Source of the DNA: Piedraia hortae CBS 480.64
Taxonomy: Eukaryota
Length of the DNA stretch: 64,000 nucleotides
Direction: 5' to 3'
Assembly: GCA_010093745.1 (NCBI GenBank)
Contig: MU005981.1
Location: 62,001 to 126,000, forward strand
This document shows, piece by piece, positions 22,885-35,467 of this stretch; position 1 is the first letter of the stretch; each line of letters begins with the position of its first letter. Under the pieces are notes generated by a model. It saw only the letters and a program-made list of their open reading frames with translations. It made no database searches and was not told where the DNA came from. A program made the translations under genes and the position numbers.

Positions 22885-23543
22885 GATCGTGCAACGCAAA
22901 AATTACGCCAACGGAAGGGTTTTGCTTGGCACACTTTTGTTGCGCTGGCGGTCAACTGCGATTCGAACTATTTTAGAGGCGTCTCAATTGCGCATGCGTG
23001 ATGTGGCTTTGCCAGTTGTTATGGAAGAAAGTGCGCGGGATCGTTGTGTCAAAATGAACGAGAGGGGCCTTTTGTGTAGTAAGCTTCGTGCTAGACCGGA
23101 AAGGCACTTCAAAACTTTTCGAGGTGTCCGATTTCAAGACTGGCGCTTATCTTGGTAGACAGTCTGGTGGACGGTGCTATGTGGTAGCCGGGATCTGAAT
23201 ATGAATGTTTTATATATGCCAAATGTTGTAAAGCAGCAGCACGTCACAGGTTTGTTCGTGTACATGCGTAACTACAACTACAAGAACAACAAAGATGTAC
23301 TTGACCAAAGGCATTGATCATTCTCCACGGATGGTTTCGTAGCGACTTGCACGGCACCAACATGGATATTTTCATATCGGACCCAAACTCCTAGGGTGTA
23401 AAGACAATGAACGAAAAGCATGTGCTATGTTGAACTGCTAATCGTGACAAAAGATTGATATTTGGCTTGGTCCAGACACCGCTAAAGAAAAGAGCCACCA
23501 GCGGAAAAGCCCATCAACGAATAGTGGAGCATGTTTGATTCCT

Positions 23544-23980
23544 TTCAAAAGAAAACTTTACCCTTGAGGATCAGTACGATGAAACCATTCTTGCCATTGG
23601 TAACGACTATTGTCGGTCCACACGAGATGCAATTGTGGTGTTTCAGCTGATCAGGAAACCTCAACATCTTTCGGCTGACCATGACCCATCTTCCATTATT
23701 GTAACCAAATGATCCCAAGACATAAGATTCAATGTCTCAGAGCATTAAAAGGGCTCTAGTTGAGGCAGGTGAGTTCGCCTGCGCCTGGCGCAGCTAAGTT
23801 CTACCAGACACCGACCGAAACGAAGACGAGAAGAGAGCTGCATCCTCAAAGTAATGGTTCTAGAGTGCCGATTTACCCAACACTTTATCGATATTGAAAC
23901 AATATTGCGATCTTTTTCAATATCCCATACGCATATGAGGTGGTTTTCGTCCAGTGTGTATAATGTTCGCCCACCTATCG
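23544..23980 (-). pseudogene. C-terminal fragment of an NLR (NACHT-WD40) paralogue
   Basis: GGRTLYTLDENHLICVWDIEK resembles DGRMLYTHDSKDCISEWDIEK of the 57-kb gene. RWVMVSRKMLRFPDQLKHHNCISCGPTIVVTNGKNGFIVLILKGKVFF* resembles its terminal WITVNGRKM...PDQLL...SCGRTM...GFTVLYFTGKDSF*. Confidence 0.75.
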
Positions 23981-24610
23981 AGAAGCTTGTACTCAAGTCC
24001 AAGTACTACTATCTTAGTGTCAGCACAAAATCTGCCGGACACTTCAAAAGTCGCCAACTTTGGAACGACATAACACAACACAGGAACATCCCCTGGAATG
24101 CCATAAAGTGGTTTATGGCCTCCATGGTGGACTCCCTTGGGTACATGTAACGGATTTACGTAGGCAAGTGGGCTGAAATTATTCGCCCTAGTCTTCTGTC
24201 CATCGCCTATAGACCTCATCATTGTCCTAAAACCACACTTATTGCATGACACGGCAGGACTGTGAAGTCGTGTATGATAATCAGGGTCATCTAAGCGCGA
24301 AGTAGATCGAACATATTCCTCTGAGCTCCGTAACATTGCAAGAGTGAGGCGGCAATGGCGAGCCTCACACGCAGGATTAATCTCAAAATGGTGGGCTTTG
24401 AGGCAAGATGTAGCGCGGGCCGGGTGTTTGTGTGCATGGGTGCTTGACACCCATGAGGGCCAGATTCTTTATTGAGGCTCTGAAATAGCTTTTGTTTTCT
24501 GTTGCTGTTTGGCCTGGCGTTGACAAAGGCCGTCCCTGGGTATAGAAAGAGTCCTCCCACCAGGGGCAGCATCGATAGAGATCTCACCATCTTCTTGTCT
24601 GTCTTGTCGT

Positions 24611-24969
24611 TGTTGGATTCAAGCATCGCCGCTAGCGCGTATGCAGGGCAATTGCATAGCAAGTCAGCGATACCTCCTACACTACCAGCTGCACCCTAGG
24701 TTTTTCCCTTACAGAGGTTTTCCCTCAAGGTCATGTCATATGTGACATGGTGAATGCGCTCTGCTAGTGTACGACGTGACGTCACCGGCCCACCGGTACA
24801 GAATTTTCATTCTGAACGTCCCCTCATTTGATATAGTCATTCACACTACCATACTGCAACTGGTATTTGACTCACATACATCTACATCTTTGCTGTCCCT
24901 GATTCCGTCAACTGCTCCGTCCTCTTTGGGTCGCTGTGCACTCTTACCCACGAGAGCCAAATCTCTACA
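24611..24969 (+). mobile_element. Solo LTR, family A (full length)
   Basis: 359 bp TGTTGG...CTACA, close to the reverse complement of 4239-4598. Flanks GTCGT/ATCCT match only 3/5. Confidence 0.9.
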
Positions 24970-26104
24970 ATCCTTGGGCTCCCTTATATCAGGGAAGAAG
25001 GTGTCTCTGTAATTTGTCACATTGCCACAACCAGAATAAGGCAGAGGAGAATGCCCATGTTTTGGCAGGATAAATATGGACTGTCAAATGCATTGGGAGG
25101 AGTTTTATCTCATTGTAAATGTCAATGTCATTTCAAAATGACTGATGCTTGCTTCTGCTTGGTGATAATTTCTACCACGCGCGTCTGTCTGGCGATAAGG
25201 TGCACTATAAATGTTTCCCCACCTCGATGACTGCAGCTACAAAAACAATCTTGCTCACTGAAAAGGTTCCCTGCATAACAATGTAACCAGAGTATTGAAA
25301 AAACAGCTCGGTTACAGGATGGAAGACGAGACATGAATCGTCTCATTTAGATACGAGAACGTAAAGACAATATATACAGAAGGAACGCTAGACTTATATT
25401 ATACTGAAGGAAACAGATATATGATGAAGATCTCAACAGTACATTGTCAAGGATAGGACATGGTCTGTGTGAATATGGCAACAAGCCGGTCGGAATTGAT
25501 GCAAGGCAGGCCAAATAATGGCTGAATTGGGCATATACAAGGCGGATATGAACAAGGCAATTATTAGGATATGCAAGATGCACGCCAGGGTAGTGTGAAG
25601 CTGTTAATGCGGAGTTGGCAGTAAGTCGGTCGGGACTGATGCAAAGCAAAAGAGAAGAAGCCTGGGATGGACACAAGCAGAACTGAAACGAGTCCAAGCG
25701 TCTTCAGAAAGTGCAATTTTTTGTCCGGGTATTGTTGGTGCAGAGTTTACAACGACTAGATTTGCTAGCAGGATGGACAAGAGTAAGGTCGGGGTGGGCG
25801 TACACAGAGTGAAAATGAAGACAGAAATCATCAGAGTATCTAGAATCCCACGCCAGGATCAGGAACAATTGGTTGTGCAGGGCAAATGAGTCGAGACTGG
25901 GACAAAACGAATGAACCGAAAGCTGGAATGGGTGTAAGCCATAATTTTGGATTTTCGAGTAGCTACGAATTGCGTGGCGGACCTAATTACAGTAGGCGCT
26001 GGCGCTCCGCGGAGGCGAGCGGCTGCGGCAGAACAAACAGGCGCCAGCGACTGAGACCAACAAGACGGTGGGAACAATAGAAGCCCCGCCCGCTCCCTCA
26101 CTCA

Positions 26105-26135
26105 CTCCCTCCTCCTCCTCCTCCTCCTCCTCCTC
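26105..26135. repeat. (CCT)n microsatellite
   Basis: Directly visible run of CTC/CCT units. Confidence 0.9.
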
Positions 26136-26387
26136 CCCCTCCTCCCCCTTCTCCTCAATCCTTATTTCTGTATTCGTCACCAAACTGGGTGGAGAGAGAC
26201 CCAGATTATGTGTAGCGTCGAGGGTACCCGCACTGTGCGAATGAAGCCTAATCGTTAGTTAAACACTTGTAGATGGACCGCATGCCCTTCTAGGAAGAGC
26301 TATGATGCATTCCAGCTCCATCGGCATAAGAGAAATAATAATAATAATAATAAAAATGACAGCAGGCTTGCCGCACGGACACAGACT

Positions 26388-26680
26388 CTGATCAGTCCAA
26401 AACTTAGAGTTGTCTTTCAAATTGGAATCCACAAGAAAGTCTCGGACGGATTCGTGATAGATCTGAACCTTAGATCCTAAATTCTCCCTGCCATTTGAGA
26501 AATCAATCACCGAGCTCAAGGGTTTGTGAGCGCATGAAACGACCACATTGTCTTCTTCCCCTAAGAGTTTTGTAAGCGCAAAGATGGCGAGTGTGGAGTT
26601 TAGACTATTAATGGGTTTGATAACTTGGCTGAACTAGTCCAGCCACTCCAACTCGAGTTCTGTAGCCTGTTCCAGAATCT
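26388..26680 (-). pseudogene. NACHT winged-helix region fragment of the same NLR family
   Basis: ILEQATELELEWLD*FSQVIKPINSLNSTL...KPLSSVIDF...IYHESVRDFLVDSNLKDNSKFWTDQ aligns with ILKQAADLDKEWLQWFSQVIKPIALLHSTL...IYHESFRDFLMNSSLKDHPEFWIDQ. Confidence 0.85.
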
Positions 26681-27136
26681 CCAAGTGATTCTGGACAACG
26701 CTTTCGCAGTGGGGAAGACTTCTAACATCGCAACCACGCATACATCGAATCCGAAGATGACTTACACAAGTTACCATGGAGTCTCTGCCCATTGCTATGT
26801 TGGATACTGAAACGCTTGGAGCCTTTTGAGGGTGCAGGGATCCATCTTGAACGGGTTATCAGCATTACTGACCTTCAGCTCACGAAAAAGCACCACATTT
26901 ACAACGATGATAATGCTGGCCCAAATATTGATTGAAAAGGGGTATACAGGCACTTTCCACTAGCAAAACTAGGTCACCAATACATAGCCTCCAATTCATT
27001 AAATTTAACCACACTCTCTAAACATTTCCACCCAAGCACTGCCCATGCCCTTGAAGAAAGACTTGAAACCTTCCATCCCTCAGCAGACCCAAAGATATTT
27101 CCAGAACGTGTGCGGGTAGCAAAAATTTAAAAAAAT

Positions 27137-27233
27137 TGACCGTAGCAGGGGTCGAACCTGCGATCTCTTGATGACGTTGTGCGGGGTAAGCAATCAATCG
27201 TAGTCAAGCGCCTTGCCATTGGGCCATACGGCC
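27137..27233 (-). tRNA. tRNA-Arg(ACG) with 25-nt intron
   Basis: GGCCGTA...TACGGTC-A acceptor stem, CTTGA-CT-ACG-A[intron]A-TCAAG anticodon arm, GGTTCGACCC T-loop/B box, followed by a Pol III oligo-T terminator. Confidence 0.95.
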
Positions 27234-27949
27234 TTTTCATATTAGCGAAGCCAGAAGAAGTTAATATATACTAACAAATAAAAGAGATTTAACTTGTACA
27301 GCCAAATCCCTCTTGAATGACTTCATTTTCATGACATTATTTTTCAGTTTAAGGTTCAGCTGTGTGTCGCATTGCTATTGCTTCTCCTATGGAGCTGAAA
27401 AAGACCTCAGAAGAATGCAGAGCTACAGTCTTAGAACTCTTGACACCATATCTAGCGAAAAAAAAAAACTCTTTTCAAGCCACAGTTAAAACCCTTCCTC
27501 ATCAAGCCGCCACCATGTTCCTGCGACCCTCGTGTCAGAAGTAAAGGAAAGGACTGATACCTGAGCGTGTGATGTGCAAACCGGAAGCTCTCCAGACTGG
27601 ATAAAAGTGAGGCCCCTCATTTGTGCAATACCATCTCATGCAGCCGCCTTACCGATCACTTGACCTTCCCCTCATCTACTGCGACTTGTCACGGCTAACG
27701 CAGAACCCAAGAAATACGTCGCTCCGTACCCACAGGTCAATGCAACCGCAAGCAGCGAATGTCTGACACCACTGCCACCAGAATAGCAGGACTCCCCAGC
27801 CAATGCGAGGTTCTGGACAAGGGCAGGTACCCTGCCCAGACCTCCATGTATTGCTGCAGCTAGTTCAACACCATCCCCTGCTGTACAAGTTTAACATATG
27901 CAGACTCGGTTGCTCTAAAGTTAGCTGGGTCGGAGAGCTGGAAGACCGT

Positions 27950-30270
27950 ATCGTTGTCGCATTTTCGGAAGAGAACATGTAAGCCTTACTGGCAGTTAAT
28001 ATGGCGGAGCAGTTGGGCTGGTTTTTCTCCGACAGAAAAACGCCCATTTTCACTTCTTCTATACGGCACAGTTAGGCTGTACACCCTGGAACTTCTCAAC
28101 GATGAGAGATCTGGCTTTGAGCCATGCAGAATCTCATATCGCGTTTTACAGACCAACGTCTGCTCGGTAAAACGGCCGAGAATCCAGCAGGCAAGCTGTA
28201 CAAGCTTTGGACAGACAGATCCAAGTAAAGTAGCTTGAATTGTCATGACCCTTGCTGTTTTGGAAATCACTCCCCTATTCCACTCTGGGATTTGTGGTAC
28301 GCGGCGGTGACGAAGAGAACTGTATTCCCCTGCCGGCAATCGTGCTTGGATTGAAAATCTTGAGCAGACTTCACAAGGCTTGTTTTGGACGTGGACTTTT
28401 ACGCCTATGTCTCTGTATATGTGGGTTGTCGTTTCTTGGCTATATGACATGGGCATGATTGCCACAGGGCGGCATCTGCGGTATCTCTCAATCGTATTCT
28501 TTCGTAACTCACCGTGCCTTGTGGCGTGTGGGATTACCATCACTGCCTGTATTGTTTGGAGGCAAAATTCACCTGCGACCACAGGCCTGTCCACTAAGAT
28601 TCATACCTTGCTGGTGTGGGGACTGTCCATTTTCTCTTCGCATGGCTGCCTCTGGGCTAGCCATCGCCTGCTTGTAGGGTTTAGAAGTCTGTACTGGTCA
28701 AACCGCACAAGCGACTCTTGGACTGCGTTCTGAGATGCCACTCTGATGGTTGTTGTGAACCCCAGCAATCCGGAACTTGATTCTGCGCATCTTGCATCAT
28801 GCTTCATATGAGGATGGCTTGAAAGAGGCGCCTCCATTGGTCAATTCCCTCGCGCTGTCGATATGAGAGGACGGATCGAAGAGAGTTGTCGCCTGGGTGT
28901 TCATCGTCTAGAGTGCCTTCATGATTTCTACTTTGGTCGTGTGGCATACTACCTAGCGGTTCGTAGAGTGCTGGTCGATGATGGGTTTGGATGGATTGAA
29001 GTCGAGACGAACACTTTCGTGGACTTTGAGAATTTTGAACAGGCCCCTTGAGCTTTGTGTCTAACTTTAGACGGTGAGAAGTTAGACCCGTATGCTTTCA
29101 GGGAAATGTATTCGGCTCCCCTTTTCGAAGTGAGGATTATCGTCTACATAGACTCTGCACGGCGTAGGCCCTGAAAGGTGAACTTTCCTTCCTTCTCGTT
29201 TCAGTATACGTGCATTTGTGACTGGGCTTTGTTGCGCAGTAGTCAGGAGGTGTCAGTAGCCTTGAAGACCACCTTGACAGTCCAATGTGTCATGTATCTG
29301 GAAGACGAGAACAAATCACTGATCGTTAATCCATCCAGTTCTCTGTAATCTTGGCAGATCCTCACGCCGCCGCAATCTATGCATGTAGGACGGCTTTTCC
29401 AGCACTCCGACCACATCCCACAACAGACTTTTCTTCTTCCCCCATCCCGAACTAGTCTAGTCCCGACAAAGTCAAGACCACTACGGTCACGAATGCGAAG
29501 AAGCTGACCCATCTCATTGGTGATCTGATATGATCAAGCCAGCGCCTCACAGTTCAAATCTCGCACCAAATAGACCATTCTCGAAAGTGTACCAGATCGC
29601 CAACAGTGAATCTGATTTCTGTACCGCCCTTGGTGTAATCTTCTAGGAACTTGCTGGCCCACAGGGAGGCATGCCTGATGGTGGTCACGGCCTTATAGAC
29701 GGTGGCATACCCTATTACAGAGTACGGTCGACGGAAAACATCCCATGCCTCGAAAGCTGTTGAACATTGTTCGACCATTGGCTGCATTCCGGGGAAGCAG
29801 CGATCGTAAATGATTCTCAAAGCGAGATCATCATCTTCCGACCACTTGGCGTAGTCCTGGGCATATGCCGCCCACCTTAGCTTGTTGGCCTTGATCTTTT
29901 GGGGCGACCATTCCTTGTGATCATCCGAGATCTGTTCCGTTATGACGCTTCGAGAACTCAGACACAAAGGGATCGCGAAACAGCTGTTCGGGGTCGCTTT
30001 GAGGAACAGCAAAAGGTGGTGAGACGCCTGCATCTCACCGCTATCGCGGACGCAAAGGGATGTTTTCCCCAGCGCTACACCTCCCATGGCAAACAACGTC
30101 GTCATCAGCGTTTTGCTGAAAGGCAGCGCCTTCGAGAATCCGTCCACAAGCATGGCAGCAGAAGTAAACCAAGTGACAACAGCATAGCCCGTTCTGCACT
30201 CTTGTCGGAGCCAGCGTCGACGAAAATCACCATTCCCGTCAATTCGACTGTCAAGCGTTGCAGCAACCAA
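27950..30270 (-). mobile_element. Degraded Ty1/copia element(s)
   Basis: RNase H tail RRWLRQE...MLVDGFSKAL, gag-like WSEDDDLAL..IY.RC...TAFEAWD, GAG-pre-integrase CEVC and integrase tail KTRYEILHGSKPDLSSLR. Many stops and frameshifts. Confidence 0.75.
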
Positions 30271-31863
30271 CCTTAAAAATGCTCCTCTTGGTCATTATCA
30301 TGAGATTGTGGGCCCTTGCTGTAGTAGATTCCCAGAGGAGAGAAAAAACCCACACCCAGGGGCTGCAAACGAGAGGTCGCGCGGATTCGCCGTGGATCTG
30401 CGGTAGAAACTTCAGCCACCAGCAATAGTGTTGTGAAGGACAATGACGGGACACTTGTGACACGACTGACAATGTAAAGCGGAGACTTTGCCTCTCTTAG
30501 TGTCGACTTCTTCAGTCCAGATACCCAGAATCTGCGGCAAAGACCACCGCCGGATGTAAGGAAGTCACATCTCCACACATGGAGTCATGCAACTAGAAGA
30601 TTGTACGCATTGCATCCTCGCTACCAGATCCCCAAAGGGCCATCCTTGACTTGTGAACCAGCTTCTTCTTCAATTCCGGGTTTACGGCGCTAAGAGGTTG
30701 GTCTTACCACAGGGCTTCAGTGTTTGCCACACTTTCGACCATTAATCTCTCGAACTCGACGAAGAACTCGACAAGCCTTGCTGCAGCGCCAAGTACTGTA
30801 AGCGTGCACGTTCTTTGGCATCAACTCAACAGTCACCCGTTCCCGACTGCCACTCTGCCCAGCCGTTGATCCAGATGGCCTTAAACCCAAATCGCAAGAT
30901 TAACGAATTTATTTCACACTCATCTTACTCTTGGCATCAGGACATTTCCAGTGGTTTAGCTTGGCATAGCGTTTCCCACGTAGCGATGAGTGCGGTACGC
31001 CGAGTCACCAGGGTGGAGAATTGATGAGTCTGGAAATTATCGCCCAGTCGTGCCATGGTGCTGTCAGCTACAGGCCCTTCATAGAGCCATTTAGGGCAAG
31101 CAAACCATCGGGGGTATATGCACTCAGGTACTCCAAGCCATGCAAATTCTTGCATCCAGAGTAGAAGCCTCGTTGGTTGGCAGACAACAAGTGCAGAAAG
31201 TCCGATCAATGAAGCCCCGGAATTTGTTATTCTGATCGTCCATTTTGTACACTTCACCCCTTGGATTTTGCATACCACAGCAGTAGCGACTCTTTCAGCC
31301 CATAGATTGCTTTCAGTCATACGAAGACCTCCTCTGGTTGGACAAATATCATGTATAGTACCAATCAAACTGCGCTTGTCACGTCATACTGGGATGTTTC
31401 CAAGCAGCAATTCAGAGCACAGCAGCTCGATTCAATCCCTTCGAGATACCTTGCTTCTGTTGAAAGAGTGGGATTTTCAAGGAATCACCCTGCTGCTGTT
31501 TAAAAAGGCCTTCCACCGATTAGACTCCAATTCCACTCCCGTAGAGTACATAAGCGGTAGCTCGTCTACATCGCAAAATCCCCGGGATGTGATTACCTCG
31601 CGCGTAAATGTAGCGCCCCGCAAGTAACAGCGAGGTGAAGTGAGAGGTCTTGGCACAATCGACCGCACTGGACGGATCGGTCCGTAGTCACATCACTTCA
31701 CCAAATCACCCAAATCCTCCCCTTCTTCATCGAGAGACAGTCATATACACATCCTTCTGTCCCCCCTCCTCTCAAGGAGAAAAAAATAAAAATAACGATA
31801 AAAAAATAAAAATAAAAACGTAGAAAAGAAATGCTAGCCAAACCCTCATCATTACCATTACCT

Positions 31864-34800
31864 CTACGTCCTCTTTCCCCCATCTCTTTCTTTCTCCCTT
31901 TCCTTTGTCCATACCCTCGTCTCTTTCTCACCAGGCGAAGCATCCCTCCCCCTAATTTCTTTCCTCTCCCCCCCAAGATAATTAACGCCCCAAAGCCACG
32001 CGCAGAGGAGATTAACCCCATGGTGGAGTCTATACGCATATGTTACCCCATATACGGCCGCGTACAGGGCCAGGAGGAAAATTAGGACGTTGGTTATGAA
32101 TCTGTGTCTGCATTCAGTTAGCCAGATTCGCGGTAATGGAGGGTGGGTGAGCCAAGCGAGTCAAAGCAGCCGGGAGGGCTAGGTGGCTAGGCGGGTGATC
32201 CGGACGAGCAGCGAGCAGCAGCCAGCGTCGGACAGCCACCGCTACCGCCATTCCAACCTTCCCTCCACTCCTCGCGACCCGCCCAGCCTCCCGGTTCACC
32301 CGCCCGCTCGCCTCCCCTGGGTGACACATACCTCGAGGTGACCCGTCTAACCATCCTCCCCCTCCCCATTTCCTCGACAAGGAGCACAAACGGCACAATT
32401 GCCAAGAAATTCGCATTCATCTCAAACGGAATAAGCCACCTGACTCTCAAATTCTGCATCCACACCAGCAAAACCGGCAGATTGATCGGGAGTATCCACA
32501 GCATAAGCATAAACAGACTGTGGACATAGTGGTAAAAGTTCCAAGTTTCGGGGGAAGCTTCGCGGAGGGATATCGCGTGTGCGCGTACGCAGGTAGAGGC
32601 TTGGATGAGGCAGAGGAGGAGGTAGGCTAGTTGGTAGGGGATTAGGGTCATGATGAGTAGGAGAAGGAGGAATCCGGTTGTGATGAACCTGCGGTTCGGG
32701 TTGGTTGGTGATTGGGGTTCGGATGCGGGGGGGTTGGTGTGTACGAGGTTGTGGATGAAGACCATTGCCCGGGAGAGGGTTAGGATTAAGTAGTTCATTG
32801 CAATGCAGACTCCGACGCTGATGCAGCCGAATAGAGGGACTAGGAACCAGAAAAAGGGGTCGGAGGTGCCGAGCATGAAGTCGTTGACTGTGAAGTCGAT
32901 TAGGAGGTCTGTTGGGACGGATTCGGGGTGGATGGTGGGACCGAGGGGGCCTTTGGAGGCTTTGGAGAGGGTTATTCCAAGGGCGGTTAGGGCGATGAAG
33001 ATTGCGGGTAGGGACGTGCGGATGCAGACGTCCATGCTGGTGGAGAAGGACATGAATATGCCGGTGCTGTCGTAAACTTTGAATTGCTTTCGTAAGACGA
33101 TGGCGATCACGAGGAGAGGGAAGGCTGCTAGTACCGTTCGGTAGCGGAGGAAGAGCTTTCCCGCGCTGCCAAGAACGTCGACGTTAAGGGAGACTTTGAC
33201 GGTGGCGTTGCAGGTTGGGTCGGTCCAGAGTTGGAGGGAGAGGCCTTCACTTGCGTCTTTGCCACGGAGAGGGGGAGGCATATAGGGGGAAATGCCGTGG
33301 ACGTTGATGTTGCCACCGCGGGTGTTGACAAAGTACTTGGACTCGTACGGCTCCTGGATGTACTGTCGTAGCAGAGGGGCGAACATCTCTGCTGGACAGA
33401 CGCCGCGCTCGATGCGGAAGTTGTAAGCAAATAAAGTAGAGTGAATCTCTGGAATCTTCAGTTTCGTCATCATCGGTTTCTGAGGCGGGTACTTGTGTTT
33501 CAGGCCTTGGATCAGGAGCTGGTGATGGCCACGGCTAACTGTCGTCGTGGACTCGGCAGCGCTGCTGAACTCTGCAACGAGCCAGCCAGGAGCAGTGTAA
33601 CTCGAACCTTCCACGACGGCAACGAAGTGAAAGTCAGCCAGATCATCGAGGTTGTACTGCAAATAGGAAAAGCTGGGAGAGTCATCAAAGGCTTCTGTCG
33701 ATTCGTTTGTCGAAGCAGGGAGAGGAGACACGTCTCTAGCTGCGTTTTTGCAGGCAAGTCTTGTTGATCTGGCGTCAGAGTCCATGGACACAGCCATAGA
33801 TAGACCAGACACCTCCGACAAGGGGAACACACTACAAAATAAGACGGTCAAAGACACATTAGTTGCATCACCCAACTGCTGATTAGTTAAAAGCGTGAAC
33901 TTGCTGCCATCATCTGGACGTTTTGGAATCGGCATCAAATGTGCTCTGGTTTTGTGACCCAACGAGCGCAGGACCAGCCTCTCGCCGTGAGACACGACAT
34001 TTGTAGATGCATGATCTAGTGTTAAGAGAGTCGTTGGCTCCTCTTCAACGGTCTTTTGAACGACGGACTCCATGCCGGTGAGCAGCCTCTTTCGCAGGGC
34101 AACCACTCGTTCCGACTGCACCAAAGTCTGCGAGGGCCGCCGGGCATCGACTACGTCAAAAATGGCTTTTACCAAAGCTTTGCGGAGCTGGTTGCACCAT
34201 GTTATGGCCAAGTGATCCATGCCTGTCCACACTCCAGGTATGGCAGAGGTAAAAACAGTGAAGCCATGCGTGTCCGGGACGAGAGAGGTGAGGCTAGTGT
34301 ATTCTGACGGGATCATGGTGTCGAGGCCACCGCCGGCCACGGAAACCAAAGTAACATCTGAAAGTGGATTACGAGAACTGGCGGCGGAGTAAGAGCGCCT
34401 CCAAAAGGTATTGACTTGGTGATAAGTCTTGACCATTTTCGAATCAAACGAAACGGGAGCCCGCGCGTGGGGGGCTGAGAGGGTGATGATTGTGTTCACT
34501 GTTCGTTCCTGGTAGTTTGGCATTGTGGGCATCGTCCTGGCCACCATGCCGCCCATGGAATGGCCGATTACGATGACTGAATTAGGCTGCGGCAGTCCCG
34601 GCTCGCGGATCGATCGGGCCGGGTTGTGGTAGAGGGCGAGGATGTATGAAACTGCCTCGTTCAAGTACTCTGCCTGATCCAAGAGCGTCTGACCGTGGAA
34701 GGCGCTGAGCTCCTCGTTGAAGTCCACAGTAAAGAAGTCCAACGGGCGCTTGCCCTTGTCCAGCGCGACGAGATCGCGCCGCAGCGTATCTTGAAAGTAC

Positions 34801-35294
34801 TGAGCGGCTTCTGCAGCGATTGGCCGCACCTGCTTGTAGCTGCCGGCATTTCCGGGCACGAAGATGACGGGAACTCCCTTGACGCGTGTGTCTTGGTCGA
34901 CGCCGCCTTCCCGGTACAAGTAGAGCGAGTATTTGCTGGCAAACGGCGTGTGTTCGGTATCAAAGTCGGCAAAATGGGTGAAGACGGGCCACATGTACGA
35001 CATCTGGCAGCCCTTGGGGTCCTGCTGGAGGCCGAGAAAGGAGCGCACGATGACGGCCAGCAGCACGAATGCGCCGACGGTGGTGGCGGCCGTCAGGAAC
35101 GACAGCGACCATGGCCGCTGCAGGCGCGACGGCTTGATCTTCTTGCCGAGCGGTGCGTCGTCGGGCGCATTGCGCATCCATGTCGGCATGGCGGGAGTCG
35201 CCGCTCCGCTCCGCCCCGCCGTGTCCGAGTCCCCGCGCGGGACCATGTGACTGGATGTCAGCACGTCATTATCCGCGGCCGACGAGCGTCTCAT
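31864..35294 (-). CDS. BST1: GPI inositol-deacylase (PGAP1 family), 2 exons
   Basis: Motifs FVPGNAGSYKQVR, lipase-like GHSMGG, DHLAITWC and multiple C-terminal TM segments. An intron of ~32108-32330 (GTATGT...GCTAAC...CAG) restores the conserved tail LYAAVYGVTYAYRLH, with stop at 31864-31866. Confidence 0.93.
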
Positions 35295-35467
35295 TAAATG
35301 CGCCAATGACCATTCGGTGAAAGAAGGAAGTGACCAGGGCTGGCCGGAAGCGCCCGTCGTCACGCGTGGCTGCAACCGTCAGCCCGGGACACGACAAAAA
35401 TATCCCAGCAGTAGGGAGGTCGTCGTACCGTGCACCTGTCAACTAACTACATTCATCTATCTTACAG

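Noticed and set aside
30600..31400. Possible second pogo-like transposase remnant
   Set aside because: Only vague resemblance, with no diagnostic motif I can support.
32187..32330. ORF-track C-terminus of BST1 (YVSPRGG...GSPA)
   Set aside because: It is read-through into an intron. Splicing restores the conserved hydrophobic tail.
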